Source of the DNA: Octopus bimaculoides | Taxonomy: Eukaryota | Assembly (NCBI RefSeq): GCF_001194135.2 | Contig: NC_068988.1 | Span: 36,772,719-36,836,718, forward strand | Reading direction: 5' to 3' | DNA: 64,000 nucleotides | Shown here: positions 1-12,029 of the stretch, piece by piece | Layout of the letters: the number at the start of each line of letters is the position of its first letter | Numbering within the stretch: the stretch's first letter is position 1 | The notes under the pieces: model-generated | What the model saw: the letters and a program-made list of their open reading frames with translations, nothing else | The model's database searches: none | Told to the model about the DNA's origin: nothing | Position numbers and translations under genes: made by a program

Positions 1-800
1 TATAGTTTATAATATCGTTAAAGATTTTTTTAAATTAAAACTTTGTATATATATATAAAGTTTAATCTTTTATTCTTAATAATTTTTTATTTCCTAATTT
101 TTTCATTCATAATTTTTCCATTCATAATTTTTTCATTCATATTTTTATTATTACGTTTGTAGAAATAAGCAATCTTGTATTTTTCTATTATTCAATTGAT
201 TTTTAATTATAATTAAATAAACGTCCTTAGCTTTAAATAGTATAGCTTTAACTATTACACCGGTTAAATATGTACTAATTTTATCTTCATTATTATTTNN
301 NNNNNNNNACTTCGTTCAAATTGTATTTAAAACAATAATTTATGTAAGATGTGTTTTGTATATAATATACATGTTATTATAATGGATGAAGGGATGATTA
401 TTGAATGGTTATTATTTTGATATTATGATATTTTTAATAATTTTTCTATCTTTAAGTATTTCATAAGTATTTCATATTAATTCATTTGGTACTTATTGTT
501 GGTTGAGATATATATATCTAATTATTGTTCTACTTACGATCTGACGATTAGCTATATTTTTTGAATAGAATTTATTTTCGATAATTTCAATTGATTTTAA
601 TCGATTTAAATTTCCTTTCTATTTGAAAATTAGTTATGAAACACGTGTAATCTTTTTATTATATTTATCTTATGATATTTCCTTTACTTTATATTATACT
701 CATTTATTGTGCTTTTAATTATTAATTTTTCTATATGTGATAGTGGATTTTCATCGATGAGTTCTTGAAACTTGGTTATTTTCCCTAAAACTATATATTT
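1..800 (-). mobile_element. Highly degenerate AT-rich Penelope-like RT/linker remnant
   Basis: Fragmentary minus-strand translations resemble PLE motifs (IDENPLSHIEKLIIK; NHP..II-like; NNRKYKIAY similar to NKNTIKIAYS); many stops and frameshifts. Confidence 0.45.
538..652 (+). ncRNA. Hammerhead ribozyme-like motif, type I, long AU-rich stem II
   Basis: GAT-CTGACGA-T-TAGCTA...TAGTTA-T-GAAAC-ACGT-GT-A-ATC: stem I GAU/AUC; stem II extended by TTTTGAATAGAA/TTCTATTTGAAA; palindromic stem III ACACGUGU; GUA cleavage triplet. Confidence 0.6.
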
Positions 801-1126
801 TATATATATCTTATCTATAAAGCTCAANNNNNNNNNNTATATATATATATATATATATATTGCTACATCAGTGCTTGTATACTCGTCAGAACAACTGGCC
901 TTTAACAGACCGAGAAGAGTGAAAAGGTTATCAAAGAAAAAATTATTAAATAGTGCAATACAGAAGAAGTATTGCTTCCGGGTAAAAGAAAGCACTATCA
1001 AGTTAAAGTTTAAATATGGAATAGGGGTACAACAACGCACCAATATTTACCGGAAATAGTAATCGATAATATACGACATTATAGTAAAGCTTCACACTAT
1101 ATAAATATTATATACAGTGAAGCTGC

Positions 1127-2150
1127 AGATTTCTCGCAGGACACAGTTCCACTCGTCGAATTAGTGAACAGCTTCTTAGTAACCCCGTATGGTTCCTTCA
1201 GAAACTGCCCTCGAGTCCTTTTACTTTCCTTTCATGGTTCATATCGATGAGCATGTCGTTTCCCATAACGGCATTTCCTTTTCAAGTCGTCCTACAGCAG
1301 TGCGAAGCCAGTTTTTTTGTCATCCGTAGCACATTTCCATCGCTTTCTTAGGCTGGTCTTTTCCTTCCTCAACTGTTTCATTTTCCTGATCCTCCTGCCT
1401 GCTCCACACTTTCCTTTCGATAATCGGATACTATCTTTGACTCGAAATAATTCCCATCCTGTATCGTAAATTTAGCTTGTTAACATTCCTAATTTCTCCA
1501 TTCCAGAGCCTCCATTTTATAAAGAGCTCGACATACCTGTCTTTTACAAACTCTTTATACTATCTGATGCACCAGTTTAACAACCAGGTCTTTACTGTAG
1601 CATTTATCGATCCGCTGTGGTTTGAGTCCGGAGATGATTTGCCACGTGTTTTACAATCAGATGATCCACACTGCTCTGTCCTCTTCTTACAAGTCATTCC
1701 CTGGTGTATCTTCCAGCCTCTCTCGGTTGCAAAGGTTCTACAGCACAGCTTGCATCCAAAATTGTTTGCACTTCGTTCGCTGTTAGAATTAGTAGGTGTA
1801 TTCGTGCCCAAGGTCATTTCCGTGTTAACTAAATTTGTTTATTCTCGACTCCCCACTCTCGGTCAACCATGGGGTTGTCATTCACAGTGGTATCTATCTG
1901 TTACAATATGTTACAAATGCGAGGATTGTAAGTCCGCAGCCTCTGCCAGTCTTTCCTGGTGTCGACAGTCTTACCCATTGACCGCTCGTCTTTCCGAGCT
2001 GTCATCTTGTCTTTCCAAGATGCCTAACCGTCTTTCCCGTCTGTCAGTGTTTCCCTACCACAAGGTCTTAGATATTTTGCAAACAACGTGCACATGCAAG
2101 TGCTACCAATCGAGAACTCCGCGTACCGGAAACCAGTAAGTGTTTGGGGT
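1127..2150 (-). mobile_element. HERO-like RLE LINE, 5' part (UTR, zinc finger, pre-RT region), pseudogenised
   Basis: CKLCCRTFATERGWKIHQGMTC zinc finger (ORF 1560-1817); downstream RRIRKMKQLRKEKTSLRKRWK...RTRGQFLKEPYGVTKKLFTNSTSG matches the pre-RT region of HERO elements; RT absent. Confidence 0.75.
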
Positions 2151-2229
2151 CATTAGGAGAGAATGCGCGCCGTTTCGTGGCTTACCTCTCGACGGCATCA
2201 ATGCGAACCGGCGCCCCAACTAGTTATTA

Positions 2230-2650
2230 AATAAATCTCAATATTCTTCTAGCCATCACTCATCGTCTCTTTTTAACCAAATTCAGGGGCTAGCTTTTCC
2301 ACTGTAGTTTGAATATCGATCATGGTGGTATTTACTTTTAAATGAGTTGGGCCTAACGATAACAACAGTCGTCTCATACTATGTCCAACAAACTCTCTAC
2401 ATCAGACTTCGATTGGAAAATGCTCTCCTTTCCAGCCTGCGCCTTCACATACCTCGAGGAGGTTTACATTAAGCTCAAACTTTCGAGCCCGAGCGGCGTC
2501 CATGTTATCTTCATGAGGAACCGTTAACCCGACTAGATTCACAACTTTCTTTCTTTCACGCCACATTAAAATGTTCGGTGCTTTCGTAACTGGGATGGGA
2601 AAGAATCCCTGGCACGCTGGTAAATCTGCAGTCACCTCCCAATAGCCGTT
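2230..2650 (-). mobile_element. HERO-like RLE LINE, 3' part (restriction-like endonuclease and C-terminus)
   Basis: WEVTADLP...PNILMW...LVGLTVPHEDNMDAARARK...GWKGEHFPIEV*CREFVGHSMRRLL matches the PD..ELTVPWE..K..EVGCRGF endonuclease of HERO LINEs. Confidence 0.85.
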
Positions 2651-3254
2651 CTATTATTTATTTTATTTGTAATTTGTGAGTCGGTTGGTTGATCACTGTT
2701 TTTTTATTTTCATTTTTTTTTAATTTCCGGATTCCTTGTTATGCATTTACTCACAGTTATTATAGGTATAAAAGTAAATTTGTAATGCAAATAAAGAAGC
2801 TAGAGATTTCGAAGCTGGTCTCCATAAGTCTCTATTTTTTCATTGATTTCCAGAGACGATTCACGTCAGTAGGACAGCTGACTTCCATGACGGTACATAG
2901 ATTTTCTTGTCAGTCCCAAACAACAATATTCGTTCTCTTATACTTACACTTGGCAGATGCTTCGATGGAAATGTGCCATCAGTATTGCTTGTGTTGATGT
3001 TTATATGTCTATTCAATAATAGTGGGATTCCCTATGTTCATTCCAGGACAGGCTTTTTCCCGAAATGCATTCCATTTTTTTTTTTTTTGGCAACGTTGTA
3101 TCGCATAGGACGGTAGTGCCTTGATGACAGTATTGGGCAATTGCTAATCACAGATGAGTTGTGTTCCATTGAAATATGACATAATCAACATTTTGGTTGC
3201 ATCTCGGAGCTACAAGGGCTTTATTGTCTCTTTTTGGTTGTTAGACGTTTAGTG

Positions 3255-3380
3255 AAGGTGCCTGCCTTAGTGGTTAGGGTGTTCGGCTTATGATCGTAAG
3301 GTCGTGAGTTTAATTCCCGGCGACGCTTTGTATCCTTAATTTGTACACTTAATTTCACTCAGTTGACAAAAGCGAATCTA
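3255..3380 (+). mobile_element. tRNA-derived SINE head, truncated
   Basis: A-box-like TAGTGGTTAGG and B-box-like GAGTTTAATTCCC; related to copies at 21665 and 44014. Confidence 0.7.
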
Positions 3381-4304
3381 TGGAGATTCTTGCATATGTA
3401 TGTATATATGTATGTATTTATGTATGTAAGTGAGTATGTAAATATGCATGTATGCCTGTCTGTATGTATGCATATATGTATATAATTATGTAAGTGAGTA
3501 TATACATATGCATGTATGCCTATCTGTATGTATGCATGTATGTACATATGCATGTATGAATGACCGTATTTATATCTGTCTGTCTGTTTGTCACTCTCTC
3601 TCTCTCTCTCTCTCTCTCTCGCTCTCTCTCTTTCTGTATGTATTTATATTTTTATATTTTATGGATAAGTCAAAAATCAGACTGTTTATATATGGTGAAC
3701 TAAAAAAACGTGTCAAAGACGGCAATGAGAGGGTTTTTTCGCAAGATGTTCCTAATGTGCAATAGTCACAAACTTTGTACGTTAAAAAAATATGTGAATG
3801 CTTTTGTATACAGATCGGAGCCTCTTTAAAACGCGCGCACACAGAGGATATGATTGACACAAGTAAGACAGGCTAATGATGGTAAGTATAGTTAGAATAT
3901 AAACAAATAACTATTAGAAATAAATATTTATGAAAAAAACAACGTATGCATGAGATTGCGTCTGTGTCTGTATGTGTGTGTGTGTATATGTGTGTGTGTA
4001 TGCTTGAGTGTGGCATCATGAATATATGTGCGTTTGTGTGCGCTAGTGATTTGTTTTCTTTTTGTTCCTGCTGTGTGACTGATTGAATCTACTTAACTAT
4101 TACTATTGCCATCATCATGCTTAAAATAAAATGAAACAAAAGAAGAACAATAACTATGGAAATATAGAAAAAGGAAATCAAAAAGTAACACAAAATAATT
4201 AAATAAAACATTTGAAAAGTAGGTACAAGAGTAGTGTCATAAATAACAAAATATCCACTGAGAAGCAAAAAGCACACACATACACACACACACACACACG
4301 CATG

Positions 4305-4383
<79 letters not shown>

Positions 4384-5317
4384 GTGTGTGTGTCTGTATG
4401 TACACACACACGCACACATATATATATATATATACAAAGGTAGAATTACGAAAGCACATTGCAAACAAACAAACAAAACAATATGTATAAATAAGCAGCA
4501 TCAACTGTGAAGGCAAAGCAATATCCCGTGCTGTTCATATCTTTCGAAAAATATATTTGACTCGATGGTTGTGGGATGAAAGCTCGAAAAGTAATAATAA
4601 AAATAGAAATTATTTTTAAAAAATCAACAATAACTAACATTTTTTTTAAATGCTACATTTTTTTCTCGAAGATTTTAAAGTGCGCATCGTCAGATTTGAA
4701 TAGCGTGCCATTGATTCTAGATAAAAGAAACCACATACACGATAGCCAACTGTCAAACTAATAGCACAGACACATTAAACTTAATTCTTTTAAACATGTA
4801 ACTATATTTCAAATCGATAAATCGACATGTATTTTATCAGTTATTGCCTGAAATCTGAGATAAGACCTTTGAAAACAAAAAAAGAAATTCCGAGCTCAAA
4901 AATATTATTGCTGCATACAGAAGATGAAAAAATAAGCAAAAAAGAAGAAAGATATAAAAAAGACGGAAAAGAACAGAAAAAAATAGAAAAAGCGATAACA
5001 AACTGATATCGGCTATATTCAACATCAACAGCTAGAATAACAGCCACAACAACAGAAACAGCAAGGCATCTATATCACCAATTACATCAAGCAATTTTTA
5101 AAAATAGACATCAACGAATCGACAAGAAGAATAATAAAATGAAACGATTATTTTTATATGTGAGAAACATATAAAGAAAACAAAACAAACTCAGCTTTAA
5201 TTGATACTCATACATAAACACGTATATATTCTCACACACACGTTCAAATGTATATACAACCCATTTAAGTATGCATGTATTAGCTATAACCGTATATAAG
5301 AAAATAAAACATGTATG

Positions 5318-5800
5318 NNNNNNNNNNNNNNNNNNNNNNNNNNNNNNNNNNNNNNNNNNNNNNNNNNNNNNNNNNNNNNNNNNNNNNNNNNNNNNNNNNN
5401 NNNNNNNNNNNNNNNNNNNNNNNNNNNNNNNNNNNNNNNNNNNNNNNNNNNNNNNNNNNNNNNNNNNNNNNNNNNNNNNNNNNNNNNNNNNNNNNNNNNN
5501 NNNNNNNNNNNNNNNNNNNNNNNNNNNNNNNNNNNNNNNNNNNNNNNNNNNNNNNNNNNNNNNNNNNNNNNNNNNNNNNNNNNNNNNNNNNNNNNNNNNN
5601 NNNNNNNNNNNNNNNNNNNNNNNNNNNNNNNNNNNNNNNNNNNNNNNNNNNNNNNNNNNNNNNNNNNNNNNNNNNNNNNNNNNNNNNNNNNNNNNNNNNN
5701 NNNNNNNNNNNNNNNNNNNNNNNNNNNNNNNNNNNNNNNNNNNNNNNNNNNNNNNNNNNNNNNNNNNNNNNNNNNNNNNNNNNNNNNNNNNNNNNNNNNN
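5318..5800. other. Assembly gap (N run)
   Basis: Other large gaps: 8811-9252, 15695-16358, 17698-18166, 21884-22425, 28732-29024, 30701-30973, 31729-31972, 49820-50412, 59442-59529; most are flanked by (TA)n or (TG)n. Confidence 1.
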
Positions 5801-5848
<48 letters not shown>

Positions 5849-6591
5849 GCATACACACACACACACATATATATGTATATATATATATATACATAGGTGA
5901 ACAAAACGTCTAAAATTCACTCCAAGTTTCACACCATGTGCTCGATAGCTTTTTATATTAAATCTATTACGTCTATGTTCAAAGGAGACTTACTTCGAAA
6001 TGATGGTCGTAAAATCTCAATAAACGTTCTCAAATATGGTATTTTGGATTGTTCTTGATACTAAATGGATCAATTTCCTCTCGGTGTACATTTTATTGCA
6101 CTCATACTGTGACGTTAGATTTAATCATAACGTTACAAAATGCGTTGAATACATCTCATGCTAGGATGTTAATGGGATAAAATGTAACGACAGATGCAAG
6201 TGTTGGAAATTGTTAGATGTTCAATGAGTAAATGCGTAACTAGTTATTGATGCACCTAGATATGGATAGTGATGGAAAGTTTGAGTGATGAAATAGAAAA
6301 GAACAGTGTCGGTGCATAGTTAAACGCTAAGTATTACTAGCAAAATGTTTTAGTGGTAAATATAGTAAGACTACGCTGTAGCTGGCTCAATCTCGATACA
6401 CTTTCTGTGGTTCAAATTCCAACGTGGACAACATGAAACTTTCATCCTACCTGACTATATGTCACTAAGCAGTAAAGAACTCGGGTCAGTTTAACTAACT
6501 ATATCACTAGATTCAGGTGAATATGGTACTTAAGTATATGCACCAGAATTTAGTACGGTATTATCCATACAATTTCAAAGTAATGTGAGTT

Positions 6592-6723
6592 AAATCAAAA
6601 TAAGCAGCAAGGATATCCAGAGGTAATGCAGTACGATCGTTTCATGCATCTCCAGTTAAATGGAGTTGCATGAAACGATCGTATTGCATTACCTCTGGAT
6701 ATCCTTGTTGCTTATTTTGATTT
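6592..6723. repeat. 132-bp near-perfect palindrome (63-bp arms, loop GTTAAA) built from the 3' half of a hammerhead-bearing repeat
   Basis: AAATCAAAATAAGCAGCAAGGATATCCAGAGG...CTCCA-GTTAAA-TGGAG...CCTCTGGATATCCTTGTTGCTTATTTTGATTT; the arm is homologous to 31998-32058. Confidence 0.95.
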
Positions 6724-6741
6724 TATATATATATATAACGT

Positions 6742-7150
6742 TCACCAGGAGAGTTAATGTTTGCCAGAAAGGTAAACGCATTATTCGATAAACTGTTACC
6801 ATTGAAGAAAAAAATACGTGTTAGTAAAAGCATGCAAAAACTTTTTAGAATAGGTGATAAGGTACATGCAAGAATGTATAAAAATGACGAGCAATACTGG
6901 GAAGAAAAAAAAATTGTAACATACATAGGAAGAATGATGTGTGGTGTAAGAAGCAAAAATGGAATGAAAAGGAGACATCGAAATCAGCTTAAGGAAAGAG
7001 TCATAGAAAAGGAACAAACAAGAGTAGAAATACTGATGGATTGGTTCTATGACACTTTCCAAGTTGCAGCACCGTTACAAGAAGTCGAAACCACACATAC
7101 AACGAAAAGGAAGAATATAGAATTTCTAAAAGTAGACCCTAAGAAAAAAG
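6742..7150 (+). mobile_element. Gypsy-type LTR retrotransposon integrase C-terminal remnant
   Basis: MFARKVNALFDKLLP...FRIGDKVHARMYKN..YWE..IGRMMC.V....RRHRNQLKER resembles the post-integrase tail of Gypsy/Mag pol. Confidence 0.7.
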
Positions 7151-7224
7151 TTATTGAGTATACGGTGCCCCAGCATGGCCACAGCTCATGAGCTGAAACT
7201 AGATAAATATATATATATATATTT

Positions 7225-7260
7225 TTATATATATAGAGAGAGAGAGAGCGAGAGAGAGAG

Positions 7261-7299
<39 letters not shown>

Positions 7300-7331
7300 T
7301 GGATAGATAGATAGATAGATAGGTAGGTAGG

Positions 7332-7385
<54 letters not shown>
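7225..7385. repeat. (GA)n then (GATA)n/(GGTA)n microsatellite
   Basis: Directly visible. Confidence 0.97.
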
Positions 7386-7719
7386 TAAAGGAGGAAGCAG
7401 GGTGAAAATAAGAAATTGATCGTTAAAATAAAGTAAAAGTGGATGTGTTGTATAGTGAAGCTGTTCACCCTCCAGGTAAAAAGTTGCTAAAGACAGTCAT
7501 TATAAATACATCAGTAGCCGGTCGACGAGAGAAGGTCAGAAGATCAAGAGTGCGTGTGGACTGTGTTGATAGTCATATCTATGCTGATATAGTAACCATA
7601 CGGTAATACTGAACGGGTGTAATAATGCTCCAACCATTTAAGGATAATAACACTGTAGGACTGGGGGTCGTGCAGTGCCAGATAGAAATATTGTATCGAC
7701 GACTTCAGAATATGACCAT

Positions 7720-8500
7720 AGACAGATGCAACAGTAGCAAAATGCCGCTTTACAATATATTGCCTTTGAAACAGTAAGCACCAATGAAGGCAGTTTTTCC
7801 AACAGCACACCGGACATTTACATATAGGTAGCTCAGTTGTCTTTCCATTAGTTCTCTGGAATTTTCAACGGCCTAATAACAACAGTTCTGTTGGTTCACC
7901 ATGCTATTAAGGTGAAAATGAGCTTCATCAATTATTAACAAAATTGCTTCCATCTGACGTGCGAAGTTAAGTCTCTGTGCATAGTCCTATGGTTTCAACA
8001 GCTGCCCAATGACTAATTTCTACGGGTGGAAATACAGGTCTTCATGCGAAATACGCCTTACCGGTCGATTACCGATGCCAAGTTCAGTGGAATGCCTCCG
8101 ACCAGAGCAATTCGGACTCCGTATCAAAGCTTGTCTTACGCATTCCATATTATTCGGGATCCATACCGTTCGTGGCACCCCGCCGGTTTCCTATTCACAA
8201 GTATATCTCATGTAAGAAGTGCATTCACCCAACGTAAGATTGTATTACGGGTAGGATCTGCTTGATTTCGGTGAATTTTGAAGTGGCGCCGAAACTAACA
8301 TTGAACTGCTGTTATAGACTCATTATAGTTTACGTAACTGTCATAGGCAAACACGCGATGCTCGATCGTCCACAGTGCCATAGCTTCACCTGTAAAGAAA
8401 AAAAATACTAAGACACCAAGGACCTAATGGTACCTATCGGACATATGTCCCTCCCCTTTGGAATGAGTAGTAGCCATTTCAAAAACGTCCGTCCTCCCTG
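7720..8500 (-). mobile_element. Tc1/mariner-superfamily transposase pseudogene with 5' TIR
   Basis: ATG at 8381: MALWTIEHRVFAYD...FRRHFKIHRN..PTRNTILRWV...LIIDEAHFHLNSMVNQQNC; TIR-like CAGGGAGGACGGACGTTTTTGAAATGG starts at 8500; stops and frameshifts; 3' part missing. Confidence 0.8.
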
Positions 8501-9643
8501 CTTTACCCTCGAAATGCGGAGTAGATGGAACAAGGACAACTGACGATGAGGTATACCCTTTATGTTGCATGTCTCGTTTCTCTGGGGTTTTTTTCGTTGT
8601 TCGAAAAAAGTTCGTTTTCTATTTTCGTTTTATGTTTTCGTTTCTCATTGTGTTTAACGTCTTTTTCTTTTTGATGTCCTGTACCCATATACGCATCTAT
8701 GTATACATATAGATGTAGGTATGTACATATATGTATGGATATATGCATATATTTATGTATTATTTATATTATATATATACATATATATGTATAAGTATAT
8801 ATATATATATNNNNNNNNNNNNNNNNNNNNNNNNNNNNNNNNNNNNNNNNNNNNNNNNNNNNNNNNNNNNNNNNNNNNNNNNNNNNNNNNNNNNNNNNNN
8901 NNNNNNNNNNNNNNNNNNNNNNNNNNNNNNNNNNNNNNNNNNNNNNNNNNNNNNNNNNNNNNNNNNNNNNNNNNNNNNNNNNNNNNNNNNNNNNNNNNNN
9001 NNNNNNNNNNNNNNNNNNNNNNNNNNNNNNNNNNNNNNNNNNNNNNNNNNNNNNNNNNNNNNNNNNNNNNNNNNNNNNNNNNNNNNNNNNNNNNNNNNNN
9101 NNNNNNNNNNNNNNNNNNNNNNNNNNNNNNNNNNNNNNNNNNNNNNNNNNNNNNNNNNNNNNNNNNNNNNNNNNNNNNNNNNNNNNNNNNNNNNNNNNNN
9201 NNNNNNNNNNNNNNNNNNNNNNNNNNNNNNNNNNNNNNNNNNNNNNNNNNNNATATATATATATATATATATATACATAGTGATGGTTTGTTGCCCACTT
9301 AATGTGGCAGTCCTAGGAAAGGGAAGAATGCTACTGTTATTTAGCCCCAGGAAATGAGGTTTCCATTTGGCCATGACACATTTCTGTGTCCTTATGTTTT
9401 CAAAGACGAGAGAGAATTTAAATTAAGTAACTGTCTACCTGCATAATAGGACCTATTTGTATCTCCTTGGGTGATATAAAATCGCTGTCTTCGTAAGAAA
9501 ACGTGTGATTTCGATGTTATCACCTCCAACTATGTATGTATGTATCTGTGTATATATATATGTATATATATATATTAGACAGAAACATAACAAAACCAAG
9601 CCTGTGATGAGTTTACAGGACATTTATGAGGAAAGAGATATAG

Positions 9644-9693
9644 TCTTACAGTTTTTGCTGTTTCTGGGATATTATGGATATTCCTTCATCAGA
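9644..9693 (-). ncRNA. Hammerhead ribozyme-like motif, type I
   Basis: TCT-CTGATGA-AGGAATAT-CCATA-ATATCCCA-GAA-ACAG-CAAAAA-CTGT-A-AGA; stem I UCU/AGA; stem III ACAG/CUGU closed by a 6-nt loop; GUA triplet. Confidence 0.55.
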
Positions 9694-11003
9694 GATGATG
9701 TCAGAAAGTTAAATGGAAAAAGAGAAGATATGGAAAATAGAGGGAAATAAGAGAATGAAAGTAGAAAGAAAATAAAGAATGTTGTAGTGCAGTTCCATTA
9801 TTCGAATAAAGTGGTGTATACAAGTGGTAAAAAGTTTCCTGTACATGGTATGTAAGTTCCGATAGTAGTTCGTGTATAGTCATTTCAAAATATAGAGCCA
9901 TGGAATCTGTGTTGACCATTCGAAAAGATTTTGTGGTGTGAAAGTATTAGTACTATTTGTGGATAGATGGGAGGGGGAGATGTGTATGATTAGAACGAGG
10001 AGGTAGGACAAAAGAGGAGAGGAAGGGAAAATGAGAGAAAAAATGAAAAAGGATAAAAAGGTACTGACAATAAAAAGAGAGAGAAAAGAGAGAAAAGAAG
10101 GTAGAGAGAGAAGAAAAAAGTGAAAAGATCAAAATAAGAATTAATTAGAAAAATGAAGAAAGGGCGACAGTGGCGAGAAAAGGAGTGTTGGTGGTCAAGA
10201 TAATGTGAAGAGAGGCTGGGAGAGGAGTGGATGAGGGGTAGATAGGAAGATATGAGAAGATAAGGAGTGAATAAGCATGGAATATATGGGTAGGGGTGAT
10301 ATGGTAGGCTGTATTAAGGGATGGTTAGAGAGGAGGTATGCGCTGAGTGATACCAAAGTAATTAGTAGTTTTAGTAGTAGAATTAAGTGGAGGGAAGAAT
10401 ACAAAGATGTCAAAATTTCTATAACAAGACTATTTGATAAGTAAGTGTGATAGTTAGGAATCAGAGAGGAGGAAAGAAGGTATAATGACATACGTACTTT
10501 CGCAACCACGCACATATACATGTGCGCATATGTATACACACACACATACTTATATGTACGTATATATACATAGGCCCACATGCATTTATACGTACACGTG
10601 CATGCTCACGTGCATCCATAAATGATTCATACACACCTATGCGTCCGCATACATATACATGCCTACGCACATAATTCTCAATAAAATAATGTGGAGATAA
10701 GTGTGAAAATGTAGAGCAGAATGATGTAAACCGAATGTCCAATTTGACGAATAAAAATAGATGTCCATTCGGAACGATAACATACAATATGATCTACAAC
10801 CCAACAAGTACTATAATAAACCTATTGATACTTTCACAACTGAAATTACAACTATGAAACTCCTGGTAAGTGGAAAATAAGTTAACTAATGATTACAGTA
10901 AATGTCAGTATTATTTCAGGAGAAAATCTATGTTGACTGAAGTATGTACTCTAAATATGTACATTGGATTCGATATATATATATATATATATANNNNNNN
11001 NNN

Positions 11004-11041
<38 letters not shown>

Positions 11042-12029
11042 CTTTATAAATGTGTGTGGGGATACATGCAAGAGCATATGTGCATGTACATATTATGTGT
11101 GTATATCCATTTGTACTCTAACGTATATATGCATGTATGCCTGTTTATGTGTGAGTATATTTTTGTGTATACGTCTTTTTCAATGTATGTCATACTAACT
11201 GTACATTGAAATTCTATATGAACAGGAGTGGCAGTCTTGGTTGTCATATTTCTTTCAGTTCCATAACTGTTAACATCAATTTCTACATTTCTTAAACATT
11301 CAGTTATATAGAGAAAATTTAATAAAGTATATGGCTTCAGTTTTCTCTCTGAATATGAAGCTACGAAAGAAAGTCAGATATTCGATTTTATGTACTTACA
11401 CAGATAAAATGTATTTCGTTTTGTTTTCATTTATGCTTTTCTATAATATGGATCTACTTATGTTTGGCGTGTTATGGTATGTAATCTATTGAAATTACAT
11501 TAAAATTCAGGTGATTCAACATCAGTACGATTACTCAGTGAGGTTGAGTACGCTCATCATCCTTCGAGCTCAAAGCAAGGCTTAGTCGTTGTTGACTAAA
11601 TGCAATAGTATTTGATTTAAATGTGTTCCTACAAAAGAAAGTGCTAAACTACACTTATACTTTGCACCCATGTGAGCTACAAGTACAACTGTGCATTTTA
11701 TAGAATAACAAATATTAGTCCATAAATCTTTCCGTTAATTCAGGTAGTGTCTTTATATGAATTATACACACTAATATGTGAAGTGCAAAATACCTTTCGA
11801 TTGGAATCATTGGCCATCGAAAAAGTGTCAATGAATGATTGTGTTTTTTGGCGGCGAGGATGTGTTTTGTTTCCATGAAAACAATATCATCACCTACAAG
11901 CTAAGGTTTGTTTTTATAAAAGAAATCATTCATAGATTTTCCCGTTTCTCTTACTGAAACGTGTGCCGGTGCACGCATTAAAATTTACCGATAATTTTTT
12001 GCTTCTTCATTAATGCGGGCCTGCAGACC

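Noticed and set aside
2090-2160. HDV-like ribozyme at the HERO 5' end
   Set aside because: A TTCTCG loop-like word is present, but P1, P2 and P3 could not be paired consistently.
3814-3862. Plus-strand mini-exon candidates (3814-3862, and 10860-11580)
   Set aside because: Splice signals only; they could not be joined into a consistent reading frame and the implied introns are very short.
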